Positions 1 to 9,616 of a DNA stretch of 64,000 nucleotides are shown piece after piece. This DNA comes from Candidatus Poribacteria bacterium (lineage in GTDB: Bacteria; Poribacteria; WGA-4E; WGA-3G). A program made the position numbers and the translations under genes. The DNA is taken from NCBI GenBank assembly GCA_965198235.1, contig OZ240248.1, positions 3,712,001 through 3,776,000 of the forward strand, given 5' to 3'. How positions within the stretch are numbered: position 1 is the first letter of the stretch; each line of letters starts with the position of its first letter. The notes beneath the pieces were generated by a model. The model searched no databases. It was not told the DNA's origin and worked only from the letters and a program-made list of their open reading frames with translations.

Positions 1-794
1 ACATGATGGAAACCGTGTCCGACCGCCGCCCATGTACACGTCCAGAGTCCGATAACACCATTTTTGAAATTAATGGTTGCGACCCAAGTATCCTCTTGTT
101 CGTTTTTGACGAGTTCTCCGGCTTTGGTAACTTGCAAATCCTCAAATTGGCAAACGCGCCCGTACACGGTGCTCGGATCCCCGAAGAGAAAGCGGAGTGT
201 ATCGCAATAGTGCGCGCCAGAATCCATCACCATGCCGCCGCCGCCGAGCGTTAGGTCGAGTCGCCAGTGCCAATCACTTTGCGGGTCTGGTGCCCGATAA
301 CTGGCGTGTTGTGCGGAAAACATCCGTAAATCTCCGAGCATCTGTTTCTCGTTCATTAACCATTCCGCAGTACGCCGGCTCGGCATCCGACGGATGTTCT
401 CAGCCGTTGCAGCGATTTTGTGATTCGCTCTCGCCGCTGCAATAATCGCGTGACTTGCCTTGACAGTAACGCCCATCGGTTTCTCCACCATGACATTGAC
501 TCCACTGTTGAGGCACTTTATGGCGTTGATGTGGTGATGGGCATGCGACGTGCAGATATCCGCTCCGTCTAAATCCGCTGTCGCAAGCAGTGTGTCGGTG
601 TCATCAAATACCGCGGGCTTTTTACCCGTTACCTCTTTCACCCTGTTAGCGAACTGATCTGCTCGTTCTTTGACCTCATCGCACATCGCTACGAGTTCTA
701 CTTTACCCGGCTCCGTTTGGTGTATTGTGAGATAAGCGTTGAGATGACCGTTTGCCATCCCGCCACATCCGATAATTGCAATTTGGACTGCCAT
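1..794 (-). CDS. Gfo/Idh/MocA family oxidoreductase (runs off window start)
   Basis: Manual translation from ATG at 794: MAVQIAIIGCGGMANGH...VMVEKPM...GGGMVMDSGAHYCD (Rossmann GxGxxA, EKP motif); absent from ORF track because it has no stop in window. Confidence 0.9.
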   Translation of the reverse strand, partial: MAVQIAIIGCGGMANGHLNAYLTIHQTEPGKVELVAMCDEVKERADQFANRVKEVTGKKPAVFDDTDTLLATADLDGADICTSHAHHHINAIKCLNSGVNVMVEKPMGVTVKASHAIIAAARANHKIAATAENIRRMPSRRTAEWLMNEKQMLGDLRMFSAQHASYRAPDPQSDWHWRLDLTLGGGGMVMDSGAHYCDTLRFLFGDPSTVYGRVCQFEDLQVTKAGELVKNEQEDTWVATINFKNGVIGLWTCTWAAVGHGFHH

Positions 795-1077
795 AATTCT
801 CCCCTTTTTTGGCAAAAATGTCTGATGAGTTATAGTATCATGGATACGTTTTTTGGGCAAATTGAAAACCATCTATTTCATAGTAGGAATGATCTTTGAA
901 TCGCTATTTTCCCTTTATGATGCGTGGAATGGGAAGCTGAATGCTTCTAAGTTTCGTTTGACAAACACTCTCTTAGTGGATATGATTAATATATTACTAC
1001 CTATATGTTTTAGCCGCTTGGGGTGGAAGGTCTTTCTGTCTTGCAATATTTTCACTCCTACGTACAGCGGTGTTAAT

Positions 1078-1283
1078 TTGAAAATTCCGTTATCGAATCC
1101 ATATTAAAATTTGCGCCAGAGGTTGGTTTCAAGAACTTCAAATTTTCAGCAGAGCCTGTTATTACGTTTCGTTTATCCACTCGATTAGGGTTGCGCTTAA
1201 GTGGCTCTATGACTTATAATAGTGAACCGTTAACAGAGAAATGGCACTACAAATATTTGTCAATGTTGCGCGTTACATTGTAG
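1078..1283 (+). pseudogene. C-terminal fragment of a DUF481/YdiY-like beta-barrel gene
   Basis: Frame reads ...SAEPVITFRLSTRLGLRLSGSMTYNSEPLTEKWHYKYLSMLRVTL*, resembling the C-terminus of the 18480-19289 protein; in-frame stop just upstream and no N-terminal part. Confidence 0.55.
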
Positions 1284-1536
1284 AGCCTATCTCATAAATA
1301 GTAGTATGCCTGTACCGAAAGAGAGTTTTTTTAGGAAGTAGATTGTCCGTCCCCCTGATAAGGGGATTTAGGGGGTTCTTTCATGAGACATTCTTATTGG
1401 AGAATACTCTCAAACTATTTATGAGACGCGCTGTAGGGATTAAATTTGTGCGTCCCGTCCTCGCTTGAAATGTCAACACTCTACGGTCACCCGTTTTGTT
1501 CAAATTCTTTTAAACGAAAGGAAAGGAAAATTGGCG

Positions 1537-3810
1537 ATGTTTTCAAACCCAGGACAGCAATCCGAATCTCAGCTCGGCGGCGATGCCCCGGGTTCCCAAC
1601 AAGGGCACGGTTTCGGGACTGCCCCCGTGTTCCTGGCTTCGGTGAGTACTATCCTCGGTGCTATTCTCTTCTTGCGGTTCGGTTACGCCGTGGCACACGT
1701 CGGACTCTGGGGTAGCCTCATGGTTATCGTGCTTGGGCATCTTGTGACGGTTCCGACGGTTCTGGCGGTGTCTGAGATTGCAACGAACCGTCGCGTGGCG
1801 GGTGGTGGGGCATACTATATTGTTAGCCGATCGTTCGGCGAGAGCATCGGAGGCTCTATTGGAATTGCTCTGTATATCTCGCAAGCTATTTCAGTCGCCT
1901 TCTATATCGTCGCGTTCGCGAAATCTTTTCAACCTGTCTATGACTGGGTTGCGACGACGTATGGATTGATTCCCGATCCGCGTTGGATAAGTCTTCCTTT
2001 CACTGTTCTGATGCTTGTGCTTATGCTAACGAAGGGAGCTGGTATCGGGGTTCGAGTTCTGTGGGCGGTGTGTGCAATCTTAGCCGCGTCAATAATTTCA
2101 TTCCTTTTGGGACAAGGACCTGAATCAATTCGGCCTGAAGGGTTGAATCTTACAGCACGCATCGAGAATCCTGATAGCTTTGGCACGGTTTTCGCGACAT
2201 GCTTTCCTGCCTTCACCGGTATGATTGCAGGATTGGGGTTATCTGGTGATTTGAGGAACCCTCAAAGAAGTATACCCCTCGGTACGATCGGGGCCACGTT
2301 TGCAGGCATGGTCATATACGTGCTTGTCGCTATCAAGTTGGGGCAGAGTGCCACTCCTGAAGCACTTGATGCGGATGAGTTTGTCATGGCGAAAATCTCC
2401 TTGTGGAGTTCTGCAATCTACGTCGGATTGGGGGCAGCTGCGTTCTCCTCTGCTCTCGGATCGATTATGGTGGCTCCCAGAACATTGCAAATGCTTGCCA
2501 GAGACAATGTGCTACCGATTCCGAGACTGAACCGCCTTATGGAAAAAGGTGTAGGCGAGTCGCAGGAACCTGTATATGCGACATCGGTATCAGGCATAAT
2601 TGCGATTGTTTTCGTGGCGATCGGCGAATTGGACTTTATCGCGCAGATCTTGACGATGTTCTTCATGGTAACTTACGGTGCGCTCTGTGCAGTGTCGTTC
2701 CTTGAGCACTTTGCAAGTAATCCGTCTTATCGTCCTACTTTCCATTCTCGCTGGTACTTATCCTTGTTAGGTACTGTAATGTGCGGTTTGATGATGTTCC
2801 AAATAAGCGCGCTATATGCCTTCATCTCAATCGCACTCATGGCAGTGACCTATCTCGGGCTTCGCCGGAGTCATAAGGGACAACGCGACTTAACAGCGAT
2901 CTTCCAAGGGACAATGTTTCAGTTAACCCGGTGGCTGCAGATTACTTTACAAAAGAGTCGTGTTATCTCGTCTGAAGGTGGATGGCGTCCCTCGATTGTC
3001 GCGGTGACCCGGTTCGGTGAACGACGACTCGGGCATTTCGATTTGCTCCGTTGGATTTGCCACAGACATGGATTCGGACACTTCATCCGGTTGTTCCACG
3101 GTGACTACTCGTTTTCCAGCGAACTCCAGGCACGTGTCCATGTTGATGAATTGATTAAAATGACAGAGGTCAGCAGAGCCGGTATTTTCGTCGATTCCAT
3201 AATTTGCCCGACGTTTAAACTCGCGCTTGCGCAGATATTGCAAATGCCGGGAATCTCTGGTTTGCCAAATAACTGTGTTCTCCTTGAGTTCGATCGAAAC
3301 AAGCCTGACGAGATTGAGGAGGCTGAAGAAGGAATACGCCTTGTTGCGAATGCGTTGTTCAATGTCCTGGTCCTGCGATCAACGGGATACCGCTTTGGAT
3401 ATCGCTCTTCGATCGATGTTTGGGTAACAGAGGATAACCTGAAGAACGCTCCGATGATGCTGTTGCTCGCGTATATCATTGTAGGACATCCAGAGTGGAG
3501 ACGTGCTGAAATCCGGCTTTTCGCTTGTTCCGAGGCTACGGATGCTGAGCGTGAAGCGAACAGACTTTCGACGCTAATGAAGGAAGGACGACTGCCGATT
3601 TCAATGCATAACGTGACTTCCGTGTCTTACAGCAGTCAGGAAGTTTTAGAGCAGGAGATAGAGCACCGATCCGCTCAGAGCGATTTGGTTATCGCGGGCT
3701 TAACAGGGGAAGACCTCTACTCTGAAAAATTGGCGCAAACACTACGGTCCTACGAGGCAGCCAACGATGTTCTGTTTGTTCATGCAATTGAACAGATCTC
3801 AATCGATTAA
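1537..3810 (+). CDS. Cation-chloride cotransporter (SLC12-like) / amino acid permease
   Basis: TILGAILFLR, GGGAYYIVSRSFG, FPAFTG, SGDL motifs, ~12 TM plus cytosolic domain (WRPSI); AGGA RBS before ATG 1537. Confidence 0.88.
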   Translation: MFSNPGQQSESQLGGDAPGSQQGHGFGTAPVFLASVSTILGAILFLRFGYAVAHVGLWGSLMVIVLGHLVTVPTVLAVSEIATNRRVAGGGAYYIVSRSFGESIGGSIGIALYISQAISVAFYIVAFAKSFQPVYDWVATTYGLIPDPRWISLPFTVLMLVLMLTKGAGIGVRVLWAVCAILAASIISFLLGQGPESIRPEGLNLTARIENPDSFGTVFATCFPAFTGMIAGLGLSGDLRNPQRSIPLGTIGATFAGMVIYVLVAIKLGQSATPEALDADEFVMAKISLWSSAIYVGLGAAAFSSALGSIMVAPRTLQMLARDNVLPIPRLNRLMEKGVGESQEPVYATSVSGIIAIVFVAIGELDFIAQILTMFFMVTYGALCAVSFLEHFASNPSYRPTFHSRWYLSLLGTVMCGLMMFQISALYAFISIALMAVTYLGLRRSHKGQRDLTAIFQGTMFQLTRWLQITLQKSRVISSEGGWRPSIVAVTRFGERRLGHFDLLRWICHRHGFGHFIRLFHGDYSFSSELQARVHVDELIKMTEVSRAGIFVDSIICPTFKLALAQILQMPGISGLPNNCVLLEFDRNKPDEIEEAEEGIRLVANALFNVLVLRSTGYRFGYRSSIDVWVTEDNLKNAPMMLLLAYIIVGHPEWRRAEIRLFACSEATDAEREANRLSTLMKEGRLPISMHNVTSVSYSSQEVLEQEIEHRSAQSDLVIAGLTGEDLYSEKLAQTLRSYEAANDVLFVHAIEQISID

Positions 3811-3861
3811 TAATGGAAATATCTTGATTTTGCTGTGTAAACACTAAGCTAAGAGGACAAA

Positions 3862-3993
3862 ATGTTTCTGGAATTCATAGAGCGTTTAGGTGTTCTCATA
3901 AACAAGGATGAGCAGTTCCCTCCGCCACAATATCTCTATTCCGAGCATTTTCGTGAACGCACGATAGCAAGTAGGGTGGCATTAGATGGATGA
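3862..3993 (+). CDS. Putative 43-aa small protein
   Basis: AAGAGGA RBS, ATG 3862, stop overlaps mscS start (ATGGATGA). Confidence 0.3.
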   Translation: MFLEFIERLGVLINKDEQFPPPQYLYSEHFRERTIASRVALDG

Positions 3994-5206
3994 GTTGATT
4001 CGACAATTTCTTGATTTACTTCAAGCGCGTGTAATCACTTTGGGTGAAGAGCCTGTAAAAGTCATCCAAATTGTTTGGTTGATTGGCACTTTAGCAGCCA
4101 CATTGGCAATTGCTGGCTTTTTGCGCCGATGGTTTCATCGTCTTTTCAATAGGTTCAGGATGCCACAGCACCTCAGAAATCGATTACTTGCCCTTCTGTT
4201 CCTTATCGTTCTAATTTTTGGAATAGGTTTGGCATTCCGGTTTGCGGGGATTAGCACAGGATTCCTTGGCAAACTTTTTGGTTACCCACTCACAGACCTA
4301 TTTCAACCTCCGCAGAAGCCTATTGAAATTGATGCTGGTGGAGAACAAGCACCAGTTGAAGTCCACGAAGATGTAGGCAAATTAACTTTGGCGAGGCTAT
4401 TTTATGGGTTTGTGATTGTCTTCGGGATGTTTATCCTGTCTAAATATGTGCAATGGGTCCTGCGGCGGCAGGTGTTACAAGCTTTTCAAATTGCAGAGCA
4501 CACCCAATTTATCTTACTCCGCTTCCTTCACTTCAGTCTTATTATTATCGGGGTCATTATCAGCCTCAGCACCATCGGGGTGAGTTTCACAAGTTTGGCA
4601 TTAATTTTTGGCGGGCTGAGTATCGGTATCGGTTTTGGTTTACAAAATATTGCTTCAAACGTGATTTCGGGGTTTATTCTAATTTTTGAACGCCCTATCA
4701 AAATTGGGGATCTCGTGGAGATTATGGACGTTGACATATTTGGTAGAGTGAGTAGCATTAATCTTCGTTCAACAGTCATTGTTTCGCTTGATGAGAAGGA
4801 GATTATTGTTCCAAATTCTCAATTGGTTACGGAATCGGTTCATAATCTTACTCACTATAACAACCGCTTTAGAATTCGCGTCACTGTCGGCGTATCGTAT
4901 GGTTCAGACGTGCAGCTTGTCAAGAAAGTACTACTCGAAGCGGCGCATGACCATCCTCAAGTGATTAAGGAAGCGACTCCTAACATGAGCAACGTTACTG
5001 CCCCTTTTATTCGCTTTATCAACTTCGGAGATTCCTCTTTAGATTTTGAGTTATTGGCGTGGATTCCTGACTCCTTTCAGCGTTTTGATGTTGCGAGTGA
5101 TCTCCATTTTATGATTTGGCAAAAATTTAAGGAATACAACATAAAGATTCCCTTCCCGCAACGAGATGTCCATTTTTACCCGACGGAGACCGAATCGGAA
5201 TCTTGA
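3986..5206 (+). CDS. Small-conductance mechanosensitive channel (MscS family)
   Basis: GIGFGLQNIASNVISG, ERPIKIGD, IIVPNS, IPFPQRDVH motifs. Confidence 0.93.
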   Translation: MDELIRQFLDLLQARVITLGEEPVKVIQIVWLIGTLAATLAIAGFLRRWFHRLFNRFRMPQHLRNRLLALLFLIVLIFGIGLAFRFAGISTGFLGKLFGYPLTDLFQPPQKPIEIDAGGEQAPVEVHEDVGKLTLARLFYGFVIVFGMFILSKYVQWVLRRQVLQAFQIAEHTQFILLRFLHFSLIIIGVIISLSTIGVSFTSLALIFGGLSIGIGFGLQNIASNVISGFILIFERPIKIGDLVEIMDVDIFGRVSSINLRSTVIVSLDEKEIIVPNSQLVTESVHNLTHYNNRFRIRVTVGVSYGSDVQLVKKVLLEAAHDHPQVIKEATPNMSNVTAPFIRFINFGDSSLDFELLAWIPDSFQRFDVASDLHFMIWQKFKEYNIKIPFPQRDVHFYPTETESES

Positions 5207-5338
5207 CAGTAGTAGGGCAGTCCTCTTGCTATTAACCACAAAGAGTTACGCTGCGATGGGTGCTATGGTGGTGGTTGAGTTAAACATTGCCACGAGCGAT
5301 TGTGGGGGAATTTCGTATTGGTGGGAAGCGTTGGTGGT

Positions 5339-5980
5339 CTAAGAGTGTCGGATTACATCGCCTTTGACGAGGTAATAGACCTCTTCGCTGATATTTGCCG
5401 CGAGGTCGCCTATCCGTTCCAAGTGTCGGAAAAGGAGCAGTAGGCTGATACCGGGCTGGATGAGTCTCGGATGTTCGCTCAAGATGGTCAGAAGTTCGTG
5501 GAGCATTTTTTCATAAATCTCGTCAACCTCATTGTCACGTTCTCGAATTTCTAAGGCACGTTCAGCGTTCCGATTGACGAATGCATCTATCGCGTCCTTA
5601 ACCATCGCTTGAATCACTTGTGCGACATACGGTAGATCCACAAACGGTTTGACCGGCGGGTATTCCGACAGCTCAATGCTCCGTTTAGCGATAGCAACGC
5701 TTTTATCCGCTATCCTTTCGATGTTGTGGTTAACCTTCATCGCTGTTGTTAGAAAGCGGAGTTCTATTGCTACTGGTTGGTGGAGCGCGATCAGTTGGAT
5801 GCACAATGATTCGATCTCGTTTTCAAACAGATCAATCTTATCGTCTGTAGCAACAACGAGCCGTGCTAACTCGCTATCTCGTGATAAAACGGATTCGATA
5901 GCTTGGCGCAACATCTGTTCCGCAAGCCCTGCCATTTCCAAGATTTTGTGCTGAAGTCCCTTGATTTCGTGTTCTAACAT
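5339..5980 (-). CDS. phoU: Phosphate signalling/uptake regulator PhoU
   Basis: Two PhoU repeats (QPVAIELR...ERIAD; LERIGDLAANISE); last gene of pst operon. Confidence 0.96.
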   Translation of the reverse strand: MLEHEIKGLQHKILEMAGLAEQMLRQAIESVLSRDSELARLVVATDDKIDLFENEIESLCIQLIALHQPVAIELRFLTTAMKVNHNIERIADKSVAIAKRSIELSEYPPVKPFVDLPYVAQVIQAMVKDAIDAFVNRNAERALEIRERDNEVDEIYEKMLHELLTILSEHPRLIQPGISLLLLFRHLERIGDLAANISEEVYYLVKGDVIRHS

Positions 5981-6187
5981 ATTTTTAATTATGGGGATCC
6001 TGGACTGCCCTCCAAATGTAAAGCATTCTCACTGCGAAGCAAAATTATGCCATTTAAGGAAACCTAATTTCATTTCGGGCAGATTTTTGATTTTCCTAAC
6101 AGACTTTGTTAAATAACGTTCAAAGCCCAGAGACAAATTAGAATTAACCGAAAACCACCGCGAAACGAAGTGGAGCGGTGCCCAGAT

Positions 6188-6961
6188 TTAATAGTTAAGA
6201 GAACCTGTTACATATTGTTCTGTTCTGGTATCTTGTGGATTTGTAAAAATCTTCTCCGTCGTTCCGAATTCGATCAATTCGCCGCAGTAGAGAAACCCCG
6301 CGACATCGGAGACGCGAGCGGCTTGCCTCCTTTTATTGGTGACGAAGATAAGCGTGCAATCGTTTGTGAGATCCCGCATGAGAGTCTCGATTTTAACGGT
6401 TTCGATCGGGTCAAGTTCTCCGCACGGCTCATCAAATATTAGGATTTCTGGTTCAACAGCTAAGGCACGTGCGATACAGAGAAGTTGCTGCTGTCCTATA
6501 GAGAGTTGTTCCGGGTTTCCATGCAAAATAGGTTCGACTTCGTTCCAGAGTCCTGATCTTTGGAGGGTTTTCTGAACGATGGTATCCAGTTGTGAAGATT
6601 CGCTTATACCTGAGATCCGAGCCCCGTATGCCACATTCTCGTAGATAGAACACCGAAAGGGTTCAGGTTTTCGGAATACCATTCCAATCTTTTTCCGAAT
6701 AGCAGTGACATCTGTCTTTTTAGCATACATGTCACTGCCCTTAAAAAGTATTTCGCCGCTGAACCTGAAATTCGATGTAAAGTCATTTAAACGATTGAAG
6801 CACCGTACGAGTGTGCTTTTACCACAATTGGCGGGACCAATGAGCGCGGTTACCTGTCTCGGCTGTACCTCAAATGAGAGGGAGTTCAGGATCTGATTAT
6901 CGCCATACCATACATTTAGGTTATGGATGCTTAGGATGGGTTCTCTTTTTTCAGTCTGCAT
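6188..6961 (-). CDS. pstB: PstB-like ATPase paralogue 3 (degenerate)
   Basis: PstB-like sequence; Walker A GPANCGKS, Q-loop FRK, signature LSIGQ, D-loop CGELD, H-loop TNK. Confidence 0.85.
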   Translation of the reverse strand: MQTEKREPILSIHNLNVWYGDNQILNSLSFEVQPRQVTALIGPANCGKSTLVRCFNRLNDFTSNFRFSGEILFKGSDMYAKKTDVTAIRKKIGMVFRKPEPFRCSIYENVAYGARISGISESSQLDTIVQKTLQRSGLWNEVEPILHGNPEQLSIGQQQLLCIARALAVEPEILIFDEPCGELDPIETVKIETLMRDLTNDCTLIFVTNKRRQAARVSDVAGFLYCGELIEFGTTEKIFTNPQDTRTEQYVTGSLNY

Positions 6962-6999
6962 CGCTGGTATCGCGAGGAATTTAGGATTCGCGCCTCCGC

Positions 7000-7872
7000 T
7001 TATCTCGTGAAAGTTAATCGTGTCGTGCCGTGGCGGTGGGAGGGGTGTTTTTGCTGGGGTGTTTCCCCGATTCCTTTCAGGAAACTGGAAATAGTACTCA
7101 ATAGTAGTGCCCCTCCTGAGAATAATATGAATCTGTCAGGTATTCCCCTGGGACCCGTTGTATGGTCCCATATATGAATACCGATAAGTAATGCAGCTGC
7201 AGCGAGTGCTCGCGACATTGCTCGGCATCCGCCTGAAAGTATCCATGGGAAGGCGAGTGGCACAACCTGTTTTGCTAACACTTGCCATTGATTGGCACCG
7301 AGTGCGTAGGCGGATTCGCGAACGGGTGTTGCTACTGATCGGAGTGCCTCTTGGGTTGTTTTGATTGCTACTGGCATTACCATCAAAATGAAGATCACAG
7401 TCTCAGCGTAAAACATTGTGGTATTGCGCTGTATTACTTCCAATCCAGATTCTCTCACGTTCTGGACAGGAGGAGGTGTGGCAATCCCTTTGAAAACGCC
7501 AATGTAGTTAAATAGAATAGTGATTGCCAAAAGACCATACAAAAGTGAAGGAATTTCGGTGAAAAAAGCAACTTGGCTTTCGATGAAACGCCGAACCCAA
7601 CTTGTTGCTGAAAGCCATTCCTCTAAGTAAAAAGCACAGGCTACCCCGAACAAAACTGCCAAAAGACTGATGGGTAGAATCAGATTGAGATCGCTGAGTA
7701 GGCTGGGCAATGTGCTGAATATACGGGATGTTGACGACGTTTGAATGTGAGCCGCGTCTGTTTTTTTAAGGTCGTTCCAGAGGAAAATAAACGCCGCTAC
7801 CACTATAATGAAAGCGAAACCCTGCAAAGCGATTCTTTTTCTGAGTTCTGGGCGGGTCATTGAGGAATTCAT
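7000..7872 (-). CDS. Divergent PstA-like permease
   Basis: YLEEW, IPSLLYGL and EAA loop (RESAYALGANQWQ); lacks GETAP; start taken at MNSSM (7872). Confidence 0.75.
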   Translation of the reverse strand: MNSSMTRPELRKRIALQGFAFIIVVAAFIFLWNDLKKTDAAHIQTSSTSRIFSTLPSLLSDLNLILPISLLAVLFGVACAFYLEEWLSATSWVRRFIESQVAFFTEIPSLLYGLLAITILFNYIGVFKGIATPPPVQNVRESGLEVIQRNTTMFYAETVIFILMVMPVAIKTTQEALRSVATPVRESAYALGANQWQVLAKQVVPLAFPWILSGGCRAMSRALAAAALLIGIHIWDHTTGPRGIPDRFILFSGGALLLSTISSFLKGIGETPQQKHPSHRHGTTRLTFTR

Positions 7873-7969
7873 AATTTGAAAGTCTCTTGTAGGGTGCCAG
7901 TTTGGACGCTTGCCAAAATGAATACTTGCTCGCCTGAAGTCCGCACTAAAGGAGTTTGCAGGTTGCCTT

Positions 7970-8743
7970 CTATCCGTACCGCATTTGCACGTAATCCGCG
8001 GTCTTAGGATGTTGGGGTGTTTCAAAGAGTGCTTGCGTTTCTCTGTGCTCAAGCAGTTCTCCGAGAAACATATAGATACACTCTTTGCTGATTCGCCGTG
8101 CCTGTGCCATGTTGTGCGTCACAACAAGGAATGTGTATGTTCCCGCAAGTACCGCCATTAATTCTTCAACAGCAAGCGTGCCTTTGGCATCTAATGCGGA
8201 GCACGGTTCGTCCATCAGGATGATTTTCGGTTTCAGTGGCAGCAAACGCGCGATACAGAGTTTTTGCTGCTGTTCAAGTTGGAGTGATGTTGCCCGCACC
8301 TTCAATTTGTCCTTCAGATCCTCCCAAAGGAAGACGGATGTGAGTGCTTCTTCAACAATCTGATCTGATTCTGTCCGTGTTATACTCCGCACCGGGGAGT
8401 GAATACGCAAACCAAACAATATATTGTCGTAAACTGAAATCGGCAACGGGTTAGGTCTTTGGAACACCATGCCAACCGATTTTCGGAGTTCCGGCAAAGA
8501 GACATCGGCATCGTAGATGTTTTTTCCCAAAACCTCGATTTTCCCTTTTGTCGTAACGTTGCCGTAACGTTCGTTGACGCGGTTGAAACATCGTAGGAGC
8601 GTTGATTTCCCGCACCCAGAAGGACCGATAAGCGAGGTTATTTGACCGTCCGGTATTTTCACGTTCACATCAATGAGTGCTTGAAAGTCACCATACCAGA
8701 GGCTGAGATTTTCAGTTTCAATGCTATAATTCATTTTTTTCAA
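7970..8743 (-). CDS. pstB: Phosphate ABC ATPase PstB paralogue 2
   Basis: GPSGCGKS, MVFQRPNP, LMDEPCSALD, VTHN; signature altered to LQLEQ. Confidence 0.92.
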   Translation of the reverse strand: MKKMNYSIETENLSLWYGDFQALIDVNVKIPDGQITSLIGPSGCGKSTLLRCFNRVNERYGNVTTKGKIEVLGKNIYDADVSLPELRKSVGMVFQRPNPLPISVYDNILFGLRIHSPVRSITRTESDQIVEEALTSVFLWEDLKDKLKVRATSLQLEQQQKLCIARLLPLKPKIILMDEPCSALDAKGTLAVEELMAVLAGTYTFLVVTHNMAQARRISKECIYMFLGELLEHRETQALFETPQHPKTADYVQMRYG

Positions 8744-8745
8744 AG

Positions 8746-8828
8746 TTTTCAGTTTTCAGTTGTCGGTTACAAGAGATGATTGGTTATGCCAAGTGCTTCT
8801 TTCACTGACAACTGTTAACTGCTAACTA
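8746..8828. repeat. Heptamer-repeat-flanked palindromic intergenic element
   Basis: (TTTTCAG/TTGTCGG)n left arm and (ACTGACA/ACTGTTA/ACTGCTA)n right arm in inverted orientation; related arms at 13346, 31021, 63573-63757. Confidence 0.65.
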
Positions 8829-9614
8829 TTAACCAAAGGTCCCGTTCACATAGTCATAAGTAGCTTGCTCTGCCGGATTATCAGAGAAAATTATATCTGT
8901 TGTATCAATCTCGATGAGATCGCCATTGAGAAAAAAGGCAGTGCGGTTCGCCAACCGTTTCGCCTGTTGCACCAAATTTGTAACGAGCAAAATAGTCATT
9001 TCTGTCCGTAAAGTTTTGAGCACCTCTTCAATACGCATCGTTGTAACGGGATCGACGGCAATTGAGAATTCGTCGAGACAGAGGATCTCCGGTTGATGCG
9101 AAAGGGCACGAGCGATTGTCAAACGTTGTTGTTGTCCACCTGATAATTTAGTGCCGAGCGTGTTCAACCGGTCCTTTACCTCTTCCCACAGTGCCGCCTG
9201 TTGTAAACACCGTTCAACGATTTCGTCTAATTCCGATTTTGAGCGAATCCCTGTCGTGCGAGGTGCAAAAGCGACGTTGTCATATATCGAAAGCGGCAAA
9301 CCGACCGGTAAAGGCTGAACCATGCCGATACGTCGGCGTAAGCCGTATACATCACCAATTGTGCTAATATCTTCGCCATCCAGCTTCACGAACCCTTCTA
9401 CGGTTGTGTTCGGTGTAAGTTCCAATGTTCTATTGATAACTTTCAAGAGTGTTGTTTTACCGGATTGCGCGGGACCGATGATACCGAGGATCTCGTTCTG
9501 GTATACATCAAATGAAACTCCGTTCAGTGCGGGTTTATCTCTATAGTGCACCTTCAGATCGGTGACTTCAATTATAGGTGTGGTTTGCGATCCATTCTGG
9601 CTATTTGATTTCAT
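8829..9614 (-). CDS. pstB: Phosphate ABC ATPase PstB paralogue 1
   Basis: GPAQSGKT, intact LSGGQQQRL, CLDE; H-loop His replaced (VTNL). Confidence 0.9.
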   Translation of the reverse strand: MKSNSQNGSQTTPIIEVTDLKVHYRDKPALNGVSFDVYQNEILGIIGPAQSGKTTLLKVINRTLELTPNTTVEGFVKLDGEDISTIGDVYGLRRRIGMVQPLPVGLPLSIYDNVAFAPRTTGIRSKSELDEIVERCLQQAALWEEVKDRLNTLGTKLSGGQQQRLTIARALSHQPEILCLDEFSIAVDPVTTMRIEEVLKTLRTEMTILLVTNLVQQAKRLANRTAFFLNGDLIEIDTTDIIFSDNPAEQATYDYVNGTFG

Positions 9615-9616
9615 GT

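Noticed and set aside
3-445. Plus-strand ORFs in the track
   Set aside because: Antisense to the minus-strand oxidoreductase starting at 794
853-1107. 84-aa ORF
   Set aside because: AT-rich divergent promoter region, non-ATG start, no recognisable motif
7873-8052. N-terminal extension of PstA-like ORF
   Set aside because: Overlaps pstB2 and intergenic sequence; better start at 7872
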